Shown piece by piece: positions 36,506 to 46,929 of a stretch of DNA of 64,000 bases; position 1 is the first letter of the stretch, and each line of letters begins with the position of its first letter. Under the pieces are notes generated by a model that did no database searches, had not been told where the DNA came from, and was given only the letters and a program-made list of their open reading frames with translations. The stretch comes from Alphaproteobacteria bacterium (lineage in GTDB: Bacteria; Pseudomonadota; Alphaproteobacteria; SHVV01): positions 1,824,001-1,888,000 of the forward strand of contig OZ253470.1 of the NCBI GenBank assembly GCA_965261735.1, in the 5' to 3' direction. The translations under genes were made by a program, and so were the position numbers.

Positions 36506-37534
36506 ATGTCAACGGATCAAGGTGATATGACCGATTTGGACTCCATCGGCGTCACGGATGGAATGCCGAGCGGCCTGCCGGACATTCAGGTTTCGGTGCG
36601 CCAGCTCTTCGGCATCGACAGCGATCTCGAGGTACCCGCGTTCTCGCAAACCAGCGAGCACGTGCCCGATACCGACGAGGCCTACTGCTTCGACCAGGAC
36701 ACCACCCTCGCCATCCTCGCCGGCTTCGCCTTTAACCGCCGCGTGATGATTCAGGGCTATCACGGGACGGGCAAGTCGACCCACATCGAACAGGTGGCGG
36801 CGCGCCTGTGCTGGCCCTGCATCCGCGTCAATCTCGACAGCCATATCAGCCGCATCGATTTGGTGGGCCGGGACGCGATCGTGCTGCGCGACGGCAAGCA
36901 GGTGACGGAGTTTCGTCAGGGCATGCTGCCTTGGGCGCTGCAGTCGCCGACCGCGATCGCGTTCGACGAGTACGACGCCGGTCGCCCCGACGTGATGTTC
37001 GTGATCCAACGTGTCCTCGAGGCCGACGGCAAGCTGACTCTGCTCGACCAGAATCAGGTGATCCGCCCACACCCGGCGTTCCGCCTGTTTTCGACCACCA
37101 ACACCGTCGGCCTCGGCGATACCACCGGGCTCTACCACGGCACGCAGCAGATCAACCAGGGCCAGCTCGACCGCTGGAACATCGTCGCGACCCTCAATTA
37201 CCTACCTCACGACGACGAGATGAGGATCGTCCTCTCCAAGGTGCCGTCCTACGACACCGCCGACGGGCACAAGACGGTAAGCGCCATGATCGTGGTCGCC
37301 GAGCTTACGCGCGCCGGATTCATGGCCGGCGACATCTCGACGGTGATGTCGCCCCGGACGGTCATCCACTGGGCCGAGAACGCGGAGATCTTCGGTGGTG
37401 ACCTGTCGTTCGCCTTCCGGGTGACCTTCCTCAACAAGTGCGACGAGACCGAACGCGCCAGCGTGGCCGAGTACTTCCAGCGCAGCTTCGGCCTCGAGCT
37501 TCCCGAATCCAGCGCCAACGCCACGATGGGATGA
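36506..37534 (+). CDS. cobS: Cobaltochelatase subunit CobS (AAA+)
   Basis: [33 protein letters not shown]. Confidence 0.96.
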   Translation: MSTDQGDMTDLDSIGVTDGMPSGLPDIQVSVRQLFGIDSDLEVPAFSQTSEHVPDTDEAYCFDQDTTLAILAGFAFNRRVMIQGYHGTGKSTHIEQVAARLCWPCIRVNLDSHISRIDLVGRDAIVLRDGKQVTEFRQGMLPWALQSPTAIAFDEYDAGRPDVMFVIQRVLEADGKLTLLDQNQVIRPHPAFRLFSTTNTVGLGDTTGLYHGTQQINQGQLDRWNIVATLNYLPHDDEMRIVLSKVPSYDTADGHKTVSAMIVVAELTRAGFMAGDISTVMSPRTVIHWAENAEIFGGDLSFAFRVTFLNKCDETERASVAEYFQRSFGLELPESSANATMG

Positions 37535-37544
37535 TACGGGCCGG

Positions 37545-39395
37545 ATGATCGAGTCCGACGAGCCGGTCGAGGTCTTCACCCGCGCGGTCGCCGCCGCGAT
37601 GCGGGCCGTCGCCGAAGAGCCGGAACTCGCCGTGACCTTCGGCCGCGAGGCGCCGCGACTGGTCGGTCACGAGGCGCGCATGCCGATGCCGGCCGACACC
37701 TCGCAGTCGCGCGAGGTTGCCGCCCTGCGCGGCACCGGCGATGTGATGGCGCTCCGGGTGCGCTATCACGATGCCGGCGTCCACGCGGCGCACGCGCCCG
37801 CGGGCCAGGACGTCCGGCGCGTGTTCGATGCCCTTGAGCTCGCGCGAATCGAGTCGCTCGGCGCGCGCCGCATGCAAGGCGTCGCCGACAACCTCCACGT
37901 CCTGCTCAACGAGCACTGCCGGAGCGCCGGCTACGCCCATCTCGCCGGTAAGGACGAGGCGCCGCTCGCCGAAGCGCTCGGCCTGATGCTGCGTGAGCGC
38001 ATTACCGGCCGCGCGACGCCGCGCGACGGCCATCGCCTGGTCGAGGTATGGCGCGACGAGGTCGAGCAGAAGGCAGGCCAGGATGTGCGCGCACTCGTCG
38101 ACGCCGTCTCCGATCAGGAGGCGTTCTGCCGCCACGCGCGCAAGCTCATCGTCCACCTCGACCTCGCGCCCGAGGAAGACGACGAGGACGAGGAACAGGG
38201 CGGCGAAGGCAGCGACGAGAATCGCAGCCCCGGCGGCGGCGAGGGGTCCGAAGGGGACGACGCGGCGGCCGAATCGCTGAGCGGGGCGGCCGAGCTCGAC
38301 GGCAGCGCCGAGGACCAGGGCGAGGAGCTGGCGGCGACGAGCGACCAGAGCCAGCCCGCGGGCGGCGAAGAGGTCGGCCGCGCCCGGCGCCCCTCGCGGC
38401 TCGATGCGTCATCGCCCGATGCCACCAACTCACCGACCTACGGGATCTACAGCAGCGCCTTCGACGAGGTCGTCAAGGCGTCCGATCTGTGCGAGGCAGC
38501 GGAGCTCGCGCGCCTCAGGAACCATCTCGACCAGCAGCTCCAGCACCTCCAGGGGTCGGTCGCGCGCCTCGCCAACCGGCTCCAGCGCCGGCTGCTGGCC
38601 AAGCAGCGGCGGTCGTGGGAGTTCGACCTCGACGAGGGCATCCTCGATGCGGCGCGGCTCGCCCGGGTGGTCGTCAACCCGGTCCACTCGCTGTCCTTCA
38701 AGGTCGAGAAGGAGAGCAAGTTTCGCGACACCGTCGTGACCATGCTGGTCGACAACTCGGGTTCGATGCGCGGCCGGCCGATCAGCGTCGCCGCAATGTG
38801 CACCGACATCCTCGCGCGCACCCTCGAGCGCTGCGGCATCAATGTGGAGATCCTCGGCTTCACGACCCGGGCGTGGAAGGGCGGCCAGTCGCGCGAGCAA
38901 TGGTTGGGTGCCGGCAAGCCGGCCAACCCGGGGCGCCTCAACGACCTGCGCCACATCGTCTACAAGTCGGCGGACGAGCCGTGGCGGCGGGCGCGCCGGA
39001 GCCTCGGCCTGATTATGCGCGAGGGCCTGCTCAAGGAGAACATCGACGGCGAGGCCGTGCTGTGGGCGCACAGCCGGCTGCTCGGGCGGCCCGAGCAGCG
39101 CCGCATCCTGATGGTGATCTCGGACGGGGCGCCCGTGGACGACAGCACCCTATCGGTCAATTCCGGCAACTACCTCGATCGCCACCTGCGCGACGTGATC
39201 GGCTGGATCGAGGCGCGCTCGCCGGTCGAGCTCATCGCCATCGGCATCGGCCACGACGTCACCCGCTACTACCACCGCGCTGTCACCATCGTCGATGCCG
39301 AGCAGCTCGGCGGCGCCATGATCGAGCAGCTCGCGGGCCTGTTCGAGGAGGAGACCGCCCCGCCACGCCGCCGCGCCGGCGCAGGGGCGCGTTAG
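37545..39395 (+). CDS. cobT: Cobaltochelatase subunit CobT (vWA)
   Basis: Acidic linker, [26 protein letters not shown]. Confidence 0.96.
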   Translation: MIESDEPVEVFTRAVAAAMRAVAEEPELAVTFGREAPRLVGHEARMPMPADTSQSREVAALRGTGDVMALRVRYHDAGVHAAHAPAGQDVRRVFDALELARIESLGARRMQGVADNLHVLLNEHCRSAGYAHLAGKDEAPLAEALGLMLRERITGRATPRDGHRLVEVWRDEVEQKAGQDVRALVDAVSDQEAFCRHARKLIVHLDLAPEEDDEDEEQGGEGSDENRSPGGGEGSEGDDAAAESLSGAAELDGSAEDQGEELAATSDQSQPAGGEEVGRARRPSRLDASSPDATNSPTYGIYSSAFDEVVKASDLCEAAELARLRNHLDQQLQHLQGSVARLANRLQRRLLAKQRRSWEFDLDEGILDAARLARVVVNPVHSLSFKVEKESKFRDTVVTMLVDNSGSMRGRPISVAAMCTDILARTLERCGINVEILGFTTRAWKGGQSREQWLGAGKPANPGRLNDLRHIVYKSADEPWRRARRSLGLIMREGLLKENIDGEAVLWAHSRLLGRPEQRRILMVISDGAPVDDSTLSVNSGNYLDRHLRDVIGWIEARSPVELIAIGIGHDVTRYYHRAVTIVDAEQLGGAMIEQLAGLFEEETAPPRRRAGAGAR

Positions 39396-39410
39396 TCGTG
39401 TGCTCATGAA

Positions 39411-39490
39411 CTGAGGGTCTGCCTACGGCCACATTGCAGACCTTCAGAGACCGGCGCACGCGGTGCCGGTTATGACCCCATTTCGGACAT
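39411..39490. repeat. GTCTGC-N13-GCRGAC palindrome cluster 1
   Basis: GTCTGCCTACGGCCACATTGCAGAC (39417-39441) plus degenerate partner GCCGGTTATGACCCCATTTCGGAC (39465-39488). Confidence 0.65.
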
Positions 39491-39962
39491 CGTGACACCG
39501 GGCGTGGACCAAAACGTGCGATGGTCTACCTGCGACACGCATGTTTGCTCATGAGGCCCCAAATGGCGGACGCGAAGCGCCGGTTGGCTAGCAACGTTGA
39601 GGGTGATTTCTTCGTCGACTCGAGCTGCATCAATTGCGGCGTCAGCCGAAGCTACGCGCCGAAGACCTTTGGCGACGATGGTGCTCACGCGTTCGTCAAG
39701 AATCAACCGTCCTCGGAGCCGGATACTCTCGCCGCCCAAATGGCCCTGTTGGCTTGCCCGGTCGTCGCCATTGGAACGTCGCAAAAGCAGGACCTATCCC
39801 TCGCACGCAGTTCGTTCCCATTTGCCGTCGCGGACAGCGTCTTTGTCAACGGATACAACGACCGCTCCTCTTACGGAGCTCACAGTTACTTTATTCGTGG
39901 TGACAATGAGAATTGGATGGTGGACGCGCCCCGCTTCACCAAGCACCTGGCGAACAACATCG

Positions 39963-41067
39963 CTTGCCTATCCGGTTTACACCCACACCCACTAGGGCTA
40001 GAATGGGCGCAACCCGGATATAGGGGAGCGCGCCATGGATGTTCTCGACCGCGCCGATCTCCCATTCCCGCATTCGCTACCCGAGTTCCAGCGACTTTTC
40101 CCCGATGATGCGGCCTGCGCCGCCTACCTGGAGAAAGCCCGCTGGGGAGACGGCTTTGCCTGCCCGCACTGCGGCACGGCGGGAGAGCCGTTCCACTTTG
40201 AAAACCGCCCTGGCGTCCTGCGCTGCCGCAAGTGCCGCCAGAACACCGGGCTGACGGTGGGAACAGTGATGGAGCGTAGCCACACTCCGCTGAACGTCTG
40301 GTTCTGGGCCGCTTATCTGGTCGCCAGTCAGACGCCCGGCATGTCCGCCGTGCAGTTTCAGCGGCAACTTGGTCTTTCGCGCTACGAGACGGCCTTTCAA
40401 ATTCTCCACAAGCTCCGCTCGGGCATGGTGCGGCCCAACCAAGACAGGATCGGTGGACAGCCCAAGAACCATGTTGAGGTGGACGAAACCTGGGTTGGCG
40501 GGCGAACGCGTGGGGAAGGCCGTGGTGTTCACCACAAGGTTCCCGTCTCCTGTGCCATCGAGGTGCGTCATCGAAAGCCGGGCACCAAGCTCGACAACCG
40601 GAAAGACGGACGCTATGCCGGACGCGTTCGGCTCGCCGTCGTGCTCGACCGTAGCGCCGAGTCGCTCTGTGGGTTCGTCGAGAGCACCGTCGCGCCGCGA
40701 TCGCTGATCGTTACTGACGATTGGAGCGGCTATGCTGGCCTCGGTAAGCGCGGCTATGAGCACTTCGCTGTTGCCGAGTGTGGTGATCCAGAGGTTGCCG
40801 AGCAATACCTGCCGATCATCCATCTGGTTTTCGCCAACCTGAAGACGTGGCTGATCGGTATCCACCACGGCGTTAGCCACCAGCACCTACAAGCCTACCT
40901 CAACGAGTTCACCTTCCGCTTCAACAGGCGGTTCTACCCGTTCAACGCCTTCCGCTCATTGCTCGGCATCGCGGGCGACACCTCTGCTCCAACCTATGCC
41001 GAGCTTTACTCGGGAGAGTGGCGGCACCCTACATGTAGCGGTCATGGGCGTTAACCGGATAGGCAAG
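39963..41067 (+). mobile_element. IS1595 family insertion sequence
   Basis: IRs CTTGCCTATCCGGTTTAC / GTTAACCGGATAGGCAAG; 8-bp TSD CAACATCG (39955-39962, 41068-41075). Confidence 0.95.
40035..41054 (+). CDS. IS1595 family transposase
   Basis: Zinc ribbon CPHC/CRKC, EVDET, VTDDW, YLNEFTFRFNRR. Confidence 0.94.
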   Translation: MDVLDRADLPFPHSLPEFQRLFPDDAACAAYLEKARWGDGFACPHCGTAGEPFHFENRPGVLRCRKCRQNTGLTVGTVMERSHTPLNVWFWAAYLVASQTPGMSAVQFQRQLGLSRYETAFQILHKLRSGMVRPNQDRIGGQPKNHVEVDETWVGGRTRGEGRGVHHKVPVSCAIEVRHRKPGTKLDNRKDGRYAGRVRLAVVLDRSAESLCGFVESTVAPRSLIVTDDWSGYAGLGKRGYEHFAVAECGDPEVAEQYLPIIHLVFANLKTWLIGIHHGVSHQHLQAYLNEFTFRFNRRFYPFNAFRSLLGIAGDTSAPTYAELYSGEWRHPTCSGHGR

Positions 41068-41558
41068 CAACATCGAGGCGGTGGGTGGCCTCGATTGCAT
41101 CTTCCTCACACACCGCGACGACGTCAACGACGCTCATGAGTACGCGGCATTCTTCGGCGCCGAGCGCGTCATCCATGAGTTCGAAAGGGCGGCCCAGCCG
41201 GGCGCTGAAATCATCCTAGAGGGGGAGGACGACCACAAGGTTAGAAGCGCGCGGATCTTGTTTACCCCGGGCCACACGAAAGGTCACATGGTACTCTTGT
41301 GGCGGGATGCCTACTTGTTTGTCGGCGATCATTTCGCGCCTAGCACCGCCTGCTGGCACTCTTGGGACGCACAAATTGAGTCCACCAGGAAGCTTGACGA
41401 CTTGACCGGGGTGGAGTGGGTATTTCCCGGTCATGGCAAGTGGTTTCCGGTTCCGCCAAGAGATTTCCCAAAGGTAATCAGACAAAGAGTGCGCAAGATG
41501 GTTGCGGAGCGGTGATCGACGCTGATAAGCGCGCGCTAGTCGCTACCCCCGAAATTCC

Positions 41559-41628
41559 GTCTGCTTCGCCTGGCGGAGCAGACTCTCTAGCGATCCCGCC
41601 GTTCGTCCGGCCATGACCTGGAGCGGAT
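41559..41628. repeat. GTCTGC-N13-GCRGAC palindrome cluster 2
   Basis: GTCTGCTTCGCCTGGCGGAGCAGAC (41559-41583) and GTCCGGCCATGACCTGGAGCGGAT (41605-41628). Confidence 0.65.
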
Positions 41629-42013
41629 GCTCGCAGAATTCCTAAAGGGTCTGTTTGAGCGCTATTTTGGTGTCGGCGGGCGCGTCCATGCAAGCGTAGC
41701 ACCTGATGCGGCCGCCTCCGTTGCGCACGAGCACCTCGGCGCGCTTGAACGTGGCCCCTAGTTAAGGGCGGCACAATGTTGAACCAAATCATCGTGGCAA
41801 GACTGAAACGCATCATTGACTGGTACGCCCATACACCGCCGGAATTGCCGACCGGTGAGGCACGCATCCATACAGGCGCGAAGATTGGGTACAGAGTATG
41901 GATGATGGTTCGGGCTGCAACCGCCCTCTGGCCGGGCTGCCCGCCTCCCGCGACGACCGCGCCCAGGCCATTGCGCGGTTGGCGCTTGCCATGGTCGCAG
42001 TCGCAGACGATGT

Positions 42014-43462
42014 GATCGTGTCCCGCGGAGTGGTGTAAGAGCGTTGCGCTCTACGCGGCTCCCGGCGGGTAGGGCCGGGACGTTCAGGCTGCCACGGTGG
42101 GCAGCGTGATGGGGACACCATCGCTCAGCGGAGCGATGGATTCCAGCGTCATGTATCTCCTTGAGACGGCCCACTCGTCGTTCTGCTCGAGAAGGATGGC
42201 GCCGACGAGCCGTGTGATGGCGGCTTCGTTGGGAAAGATACCGACGACGTTGGTGCGACGCTTGACCTCGGCATGGAGCCGTTCGATCGGGTTTGTGGAG
42301 TGCAATTTCTGGCGGTGCTCCCTGGGGAAGCTCATGTAGGCGAGGACGTCGTGCTCGGCTTCGTCCATGAGAACTGCCAGCTTGGGCACCTTGGGCCTGA
42401 GCTGGTCGGCGACCTGGCGCCACTGGACCTTCGCGCTGTCGGCGTCCTCCTGGGCGAAGGCGGTGGCGACGAAGGCGGAGACGACGCGCCGGCCCTGGCG
42501 GCCGGCATGGGCCAGCAGGTTGCGGGCGAAGTGCACGCGGCAGTGCTGCCATGTGGCGCCGAGGATCCGGGTCGCGGCGGCCTTCAGGCCCTTGTGGTCG
42601 TCGGAGATCACCAGCTTCACGCCGCGCAGCCCGCGCCGGGCCAGCGAGCGCAGGAACTCGGTCCAGAAGGTCTCGGCCTCCGACGCGCCGATCGCCACGC
42701 CCAGGACCTCGCGGCGGCCTTGGTCGTTGACGGCCACAGCCACGGTCACCGCGACCGAGACGATGCGTCCGGTCTGGCGCACCTTCACGTAGGTGGCGTC
42801 GAGCCACAGATAGGGCCAGTCGCCCTCCAGCGGTCGATCGAGGAAGCCGTTGACCTTATCGTCGATCTCGCCGCACAGCCTGGAGACCTGGCTCTTGGAG
42901 GCGCCCGACATCCCCATCGCCTGAACCAGATCGTCGACCGAGCGGGTCGACACCCCCTGGATGTAGGCCTCCTGGATCACCGCAGCCAGCGCCTTCTCGG
43001 CCATCCGCCGCGGCTCCAGGAAGCCCGGGAAGTAGCTCCCCTTCCTCAGCTTCGGGATCTTCAGCTCGACCGTGCCGGCCCGCGTCTCCCAGGACCGGTC
43101 GCGGTAGCCGTTGCGATGGGTGATACGATCCGCCGAGCGCTCGCCGTGCCCGGCGCCGGTCAGGCCCTCAACCTCCAGTGCCATCAGCCGCTCGGCCGTG
43201 AAGCCGATCATCTCGCAAAGCAGATCGGCATCGGAGCTCTTCTCCAAAAGCGCGCGCAGGGTCATCATGTCCTGGGTCATCGTGGTTCTCCTTCGGGTCA
43301 GGTTGGTTTGCACTAGCCCAACCCTAAACCGGAACCGCGATGGCCTCCGCTGTGGATAGCCGGCTTGCCTACGCCAGACTCTCGGCGGTCGCTACGGCAA
43401 GCCGCCTACCCACAGCTACCAGAGGCTCCAACAACTCCTACACCACGTCCTGGGACACGACC
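42014..43462 (-). mobile_element. IS256 family insertion sequence
   Basis: Imperfect IRs GATCGTGTCCC...GTGGTGTA / TACACCAC...GGGACACGACC; 8-bp TSD GACGATGT (42006-42013, 43463-43470). Confidence 0.94.
42084..43280 (-). CDS. IS256 family transposase
   Basis: [40 protein letters not shown]. Confidence 0.96.
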   Translation of the reverse strand: MTQDMMTLRALLEKSSDADLLCEMIGFTAERLMALEVEGLTGAGHGERSADRITHRNGYRDRSWETRAGTVELKIPKLRKGSYFPGFLEPRRMAEKALAAVIQEAYIQGVSTRSVDDLVQAMGMSGASKSQVSRLCGEIDDKVNGFLDRPLEGDWPYLWLDATYVKVRQTGRIVSVAVTVAVAVNDQGRREVLGVAIGASEAETFWTEFLRSLARRGLRGVKLVISDDHKGLKAAATRILGATWQHCRVHFARNLLAHAGRQGRRVVSAFVATAFAQEDADSAKVQWRQVADQLRPKVPKLAVLMDEAEHDVLAYMSFPREHRQKLHSTNPIERLHAEVKRRTNVVGIFPNEAAITRLVGAILLEQNDEWAVSRRYMTLESIAPLSDGVPITLPTVAA

Positions 43463-43797
43463 GACGATGTGGCGGGGGAGACAGGCGAACCGCTGCAAAT
43501 CCGGGTTGGCATCCATTCCGGCGCGGTGGTCGCCGGCGTTATCGGCCAGCGCAAGTTTGCTTACGATATCTGGGGCGACACAGTGAACGTCGCCGCATGG
43601 AGAGCCACGGGGTGGCGGGACGGGTGCAGATCAGCGCTGAGACAGCCGACTTCCTCGACGGTGACTTCGACGTGGAAGCACGAGGCGAGATTGAGATCAA
43701 GGGTAAGGGCATGATGATGGCGTATCTCTTGAATGGGGAGAAAGCCGCTGCGGTTGCACAAGCGATTTAGGCCCCATTTCAAGATCCCCTGAACAAG

Positions 43798-43870
43798 GAC
43801 TGCTATCGGCTCTACCCGGAAGTGAGGGGAAGCTCCGTCAGAGGTCTGCTTTCAGGCGCCGAGCGGACAT
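43798..43870. repeat. GTCTGC-N13-GCRGAC palindrome cluster 3
   Basis: Degenerate GACTGCTATCGGCTCTACCCGGAA (43798) and GTCTGCTTTCAGGCGCCGAGCGGAC (43844-43868). Confidence 0.65.
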
Positions 43871-44140
43871 CGATGCCGCACTCCGTCGTCTAATTCCGAC
43901 GTTTCATAATGATATGGCCCAGGCCGGACCACGCTTTCCGGGGCGGGCCGTCCGACTCCATTACCCGTGATCTACCGGTTGCGCCAGCGCACGGCGTCCC
44001 ACCTTTCGCTCCATTGCGGCCCACGGCGTATCTTCGACGGGATGCTAACCGGCGAGGCCATACATCGTGGCCAACAGAACCGCGCGTCGGGGCGCCGACA
44101 GCGGTCTTCGCACCTCCATTGCCTATCGGCTGCGGCCCCG

Positions 44141-44596
44141 CTAAGAGCGATGGTAGGGGTGGTGCGACAGGATCGCGTGGGCGCGGTAGAGCTGTTCGGC
44201 GAGGAGGGCGCGCACCAGCAGGTGGGGCCAGGTCATGGCTCCCAGCGACAGCACCAAGTCCGCGCGGGCGAGAACTGCCTCGCCGTGGCCGTCGGCGCCG
44301 CCGATGAGGAAGGCGAGGTCGCGGCCGTCGTCGCGCCAGCGCGCGAGCCGGTCGGCGAAGGCGCGGCTCGACAGGGGCTCGCCCGATTCGTCGAGGGCGA
44401 CGGCGAGGGTGCGCTCGGGCACGAGCTTGAGCAGCGCTCGCGCCTCGCGCTCGCGGCGTTCGCGGGCGTGCGCGGCTTTCGCCTCGGCCACCTCGTGCAC
44501 GGATACGGGCCATGGCAGCCGCCGCGCATACTCGTCATAGAGCGCCTTGATGGGGCCGGCGCGCAGGCGGCCGACCGCCGCGATCGTGAGGCGCAT
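44141..44596 (-). CDS. rlmH: 23S rRNA pseudouridine-1915 N3-methyltransferase
   Basis: MRLTIAAVG, FLIGGADG, TWPHLLVR, EQLYRA, HPYHR. Confidence 0.96.
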   Translation of the reverse strand: MRLTIAAVGRLRAGPIKALYDEYARRLPWPVSVHEVAEAKAAHARERREREARALLKLVPERTLAVALDESGEPLSSRAFADRLARWRDDGRDLAFLIGGADGHGEAVLARADLVLSLGAMTWPHLLVRALLAEQLYRAHAILSHHPYHRS

Positions 44597-44615
44597 GCGA
44601 GCGCCCTTCGCGTCC

Positions 44616-44981
44616 TTACGCCGTCGCCTGGTCGGCCGGCGACTCGGCCGACCACAGCTTCTCCAGGTTGTAGAAGGCGCGCACCTCGGGCTGGAAGACG
44701 TGGACGATAATGTCGTCGGCATCGACCAGGACCCAATGGCACTGCGGCACGCCTTCGATGCGGGGCGCGCCGCCGCGCGCCTTGAGGCGCTCGCGCAGGT
44801 GCTCGGTGATGGCGCCGACGTGGCGCGTCGAGCGCCCCGAGGCGATGATCAGGTAGTCGGCGATGCTGGACTTGCCGGCGAGGCTCATGACGACGACGGC
44901 TTCGGCCTTGTCGTCGTCGAGCGAGGCCAGGATCGCGGCGCGCAAGGCGGCGACCGAGGCCGGGGGGGTTGCTCTGGCTAT
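44616..44981 (-). CDS. rsfS: Ribosome silencing factor (start uncertain, possibly ATA)
   Basis: LDDDKAE, IADY.IIASG, WVLVDADD, VRAFYNLEKLW; between nadD and rlmH. Confidence 0.93.
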   Translation of the reverse strand: MARATPPASVAALRAAILASLDDDKAEAVVVMSLAGKSSIADYLIIASGRSTRHVGAITEHLRERLKARGGAPRIEGVPQCHWVLVDADDIIVHVFQPEVRAFYNLEKLWSAESPADQATA

Positions 44982-44994
44982 CTGATCCTTCTCC

Positions 44995-45630
44995 CTATTC
45001 GTCGCTATTTGCGTTCGCGCGCAAGGCGGTGGCCGATACCGGATCGTGGGCCACCGGCAGGAACACCCACGCCGGCGGCGTTCGGCCGGCCAGGCCGCGG
45101 GCCCGCTCCTGGACGATGCGCGCCGCCCGGTAGCGCCGGGCCGCCTTGCCTGCGAGCGCAACCAAAGAATAGGTGGGGCGGTCGAACACCGCAATGGGCA
45201 CGGTCGCGAAGATGCGCGTCCAGTGGCGCCATAGCGGCATCTGCGCGAGATTGTCAGCGCCCATGATCCACACGAAGCGAGCGGCCGGAAAGCGGCGCAC
45301 GACGGCGCGCAGCGTATCGTCCGTGAAGCGCGTGGCCAGGCGCCGCTCGAGATTGCTGACGCGAATGCGCGGATGGCGGGCCACGGCGCGGGCGCGAGCG
45401 AGCCGTGCCTCGTAGGGTGCCAGCCCCGCGGGCGGCTTGAGCGGGTTACGCGGCGTCACCAACCACCACACCTCGTCGAGCCCGAGCAGCCTCAGGGCGA
45501 GCAGGCTGATGCGGCGGTGGCCGCCGTGGGCCGGGTTGAACGAGCCGCCGAGAAGGCCGACGCGCTTGCCCGGCGCCGCGCGCCGTGACGACCGTGCCCT
45601 TACGGTGGGGCCGAATCCGTGGATCGCCAC
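44995..45630 (-). CDS. nadD: Nicotinate-nucleotide adenylyltransferase
   Basis: GGSFNPAHGGH, WIMGADN, VSATALR. Confidence 0.95.
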   Translation of the reverse strand: MAIHGFGPTVRARSSRRAAPGKRVGLLGGSFNPAHGGHRRISLLALRLLGLDEVWWLVTPRNPLKPPAGLAPYEARLARARAVARHPRIRVSNLERRLATRFTDDTLRAVVRRFPAARFVWIMGADNLAQMPLWRHWTRIFATVPIAVFDRPTYSLVALAGKAARRYRAARIVQERARGLAGRTPPAWVFLPVAHDPVSATALRANANSDE

Positions 45631-46929
45631 TCAGGGGCGGGTCTGGCCCGAGCCGCGGACGACGTACTTGAAGATCGTCAGTTGCTCGACGCCGACGGGC
45701 CCGCGCGCGTGCAGCTTGCTGGTCGAGATGCCGATCTCGGCGCCCATGCCGAATTCGCCGCCATCGGCGAACTGGGTCGAGGCATTGTGCATGACGATGG
45801 CGCTGTCGACCTCGGCGAGGAAGCGGTCCGCCGCCGCCTGATCGCCGGTGACGATGCTCTCGGTGTGGCTCGATCCGTGGCGCGCGATGTGGCCGATCGC
45901 GGCGTCGAGCCCCTCGACGAGCGCGACCGAGATGACGGCGTCGAGATACTCGGTGTCCCAGTCCGCCTCGCCCGCCGCGACGATACGCGCATCGAGCGCG
46001 GACGCCGCCGCGTCGCCGCGCACCTCGCAACCGGCGGCCGCGAGATCATCGACGATGAGCGCTAGATGTGTGGGCGCCACGGCGCGATCGACAAGCAGGG
46101 ATTCGGCGGCGCCACAGACTCCGGTGCGCCGCATCTTGGCGTTGACGACGATCTTGCGCGCGAGCTCGATGTCCGCGCCCTCATGGACGTAGACGTGGCA
46201 GTTGCCGATGAGGTGGGCGATGACGGGGATACGGCTTTCCGACTGGACCCGCTCGATCAGCGATTGCCCGCCGCGCGGCACGATGATGTCGATGTAGTCG
46301 CTCATCGCCAGCATCTCGCCGACGGCCGCGCGCTCGCGCGTCGGCACCAATTGAATGGATGCCGCCGGTAGCCCGGCTGCTACGAGCCCGCGCTCGAGAC
46401 AGGCATGAATCACGATCGAGGAGTGGAGGCTTTCGGAGCCGCCCCTTAAGATCGCCGCGTTGGCCGATTTCAGGCACAGCCCGCCGGCATCCGCGGTGAC
46501 GTTGGGCCGCGACTCGTAGATGATGCCGACCACGCCGAGCGGCGTGCGCACGCGTGCGATGCTGAGCCCGTTGGGGCGCGTCCATTCCGCCATGACCTCG
46601 CCGACCGGGTCGGGGAGGGCGGCGATATCCTCGAGCCCCTTGGCCATCCCCTCGATGCGCCCCTCGTTCAGCGCGAGCCGGTCGCGCAGGGTGGCACTCA
46701 GTCCGTGGGCATCGTCGAGGTCACGCCGATTGGCGTCGAGGAGCACGGCCCGGTCCTCGCGCACGGCCTCGGCCGCTGCTACGAGCGCCGCATTCTTGGT
46801 CTCGCTCTTGGCTCGGGCGAGCGCGCGGGCGGCGGCGCGCGCCGCCTTGCCGAGGCCGATCATGAGTTCGTGGATCTCGGCCGCGGCCTCCGCCGCCGTA
46901 TTCTCTCCCACGGCGTGGGCTACCGTCAT
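45631..46929 (-). CDS. proA: Gamma-glutamyl phosphate reductase
   Basis: [32 protein letters not shown]. Confidence 0.97.
   Translation of the reverse strand: MTVAHAVGENTAAEAAAEIHELMIGLGKAARAAARALARAKSETKNAALVAAAEAVREDRAVLLDANRRDLDDAHGLSATLRDRLALNEGRIEGMAKGLEDIAALPDPVGEVMAEWTRPNGLSIARVRTPLGVVGIIYESRPNVTADAGGLCLKSANAAILRGGSESLHSSIVIHACLERGLVAAGLPAASIQLVPTRERAAVGEMLAMSDYIDIIVPRGGQSLIERVQSESRIPVIAHLIGNCHVYVHEGADIELARKIVVNAKMRRTGVCGAAESLLVDRAVAPTHLALIVDDLAAAGCEVRGDAAASALDARIVAAGEADWDTEYLDAVISVALVEGLDAAIGHIARHGSSHTESIVTGDQAAADRFLAEVDSAIVMHNASTQFADGGEFGMGAEIGISTSKLHARGPVGVEQLTIFKYVVRGSGQTRP

Larger units (their letters stand above)
39563..41515 (+). pseudogene. Ferredoxin-MBL-fold metallo-hydrolase interrupted by IS1595
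   Basis: FFVDSSCINC...ACP N-terminus. Removing the IS and one TSD restores LANNIEAVGGLDCIFLTHRDD...GHTKG...GDH...PGHG in frame. Confidence 0.9.
41776..43770 (+). pseudogene. Class III adenylate/guanylate cyclase pseudogene (apparent internal deletion, IS256 insertion, frameshift)
   Basis: AGLPASRDDRAQAIARLALAMVAVADD|[18 protein letters not shown]...[11 protein letters not shown]; frameshift near 43597, then MESHG...IEIKGKG. Confidence 0.85.

Noticed and set aside
36506-39395. cobST without cobN or other cob genes
   Set aside because: bolA/J-domain/cobS/cobT is a standard alphaproteobacterial arrangement.
39411-43870. CRISPR array or classical integron
   Set aside because: Units are degenerate, only 2-3 per cluster, lack attC core sites, and there is no cas or intI gene.
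43890-44140. Possible gene or ncRNA downstream of rlmH
   Set aside because: No convincing ORF, RBS or structure by eye.
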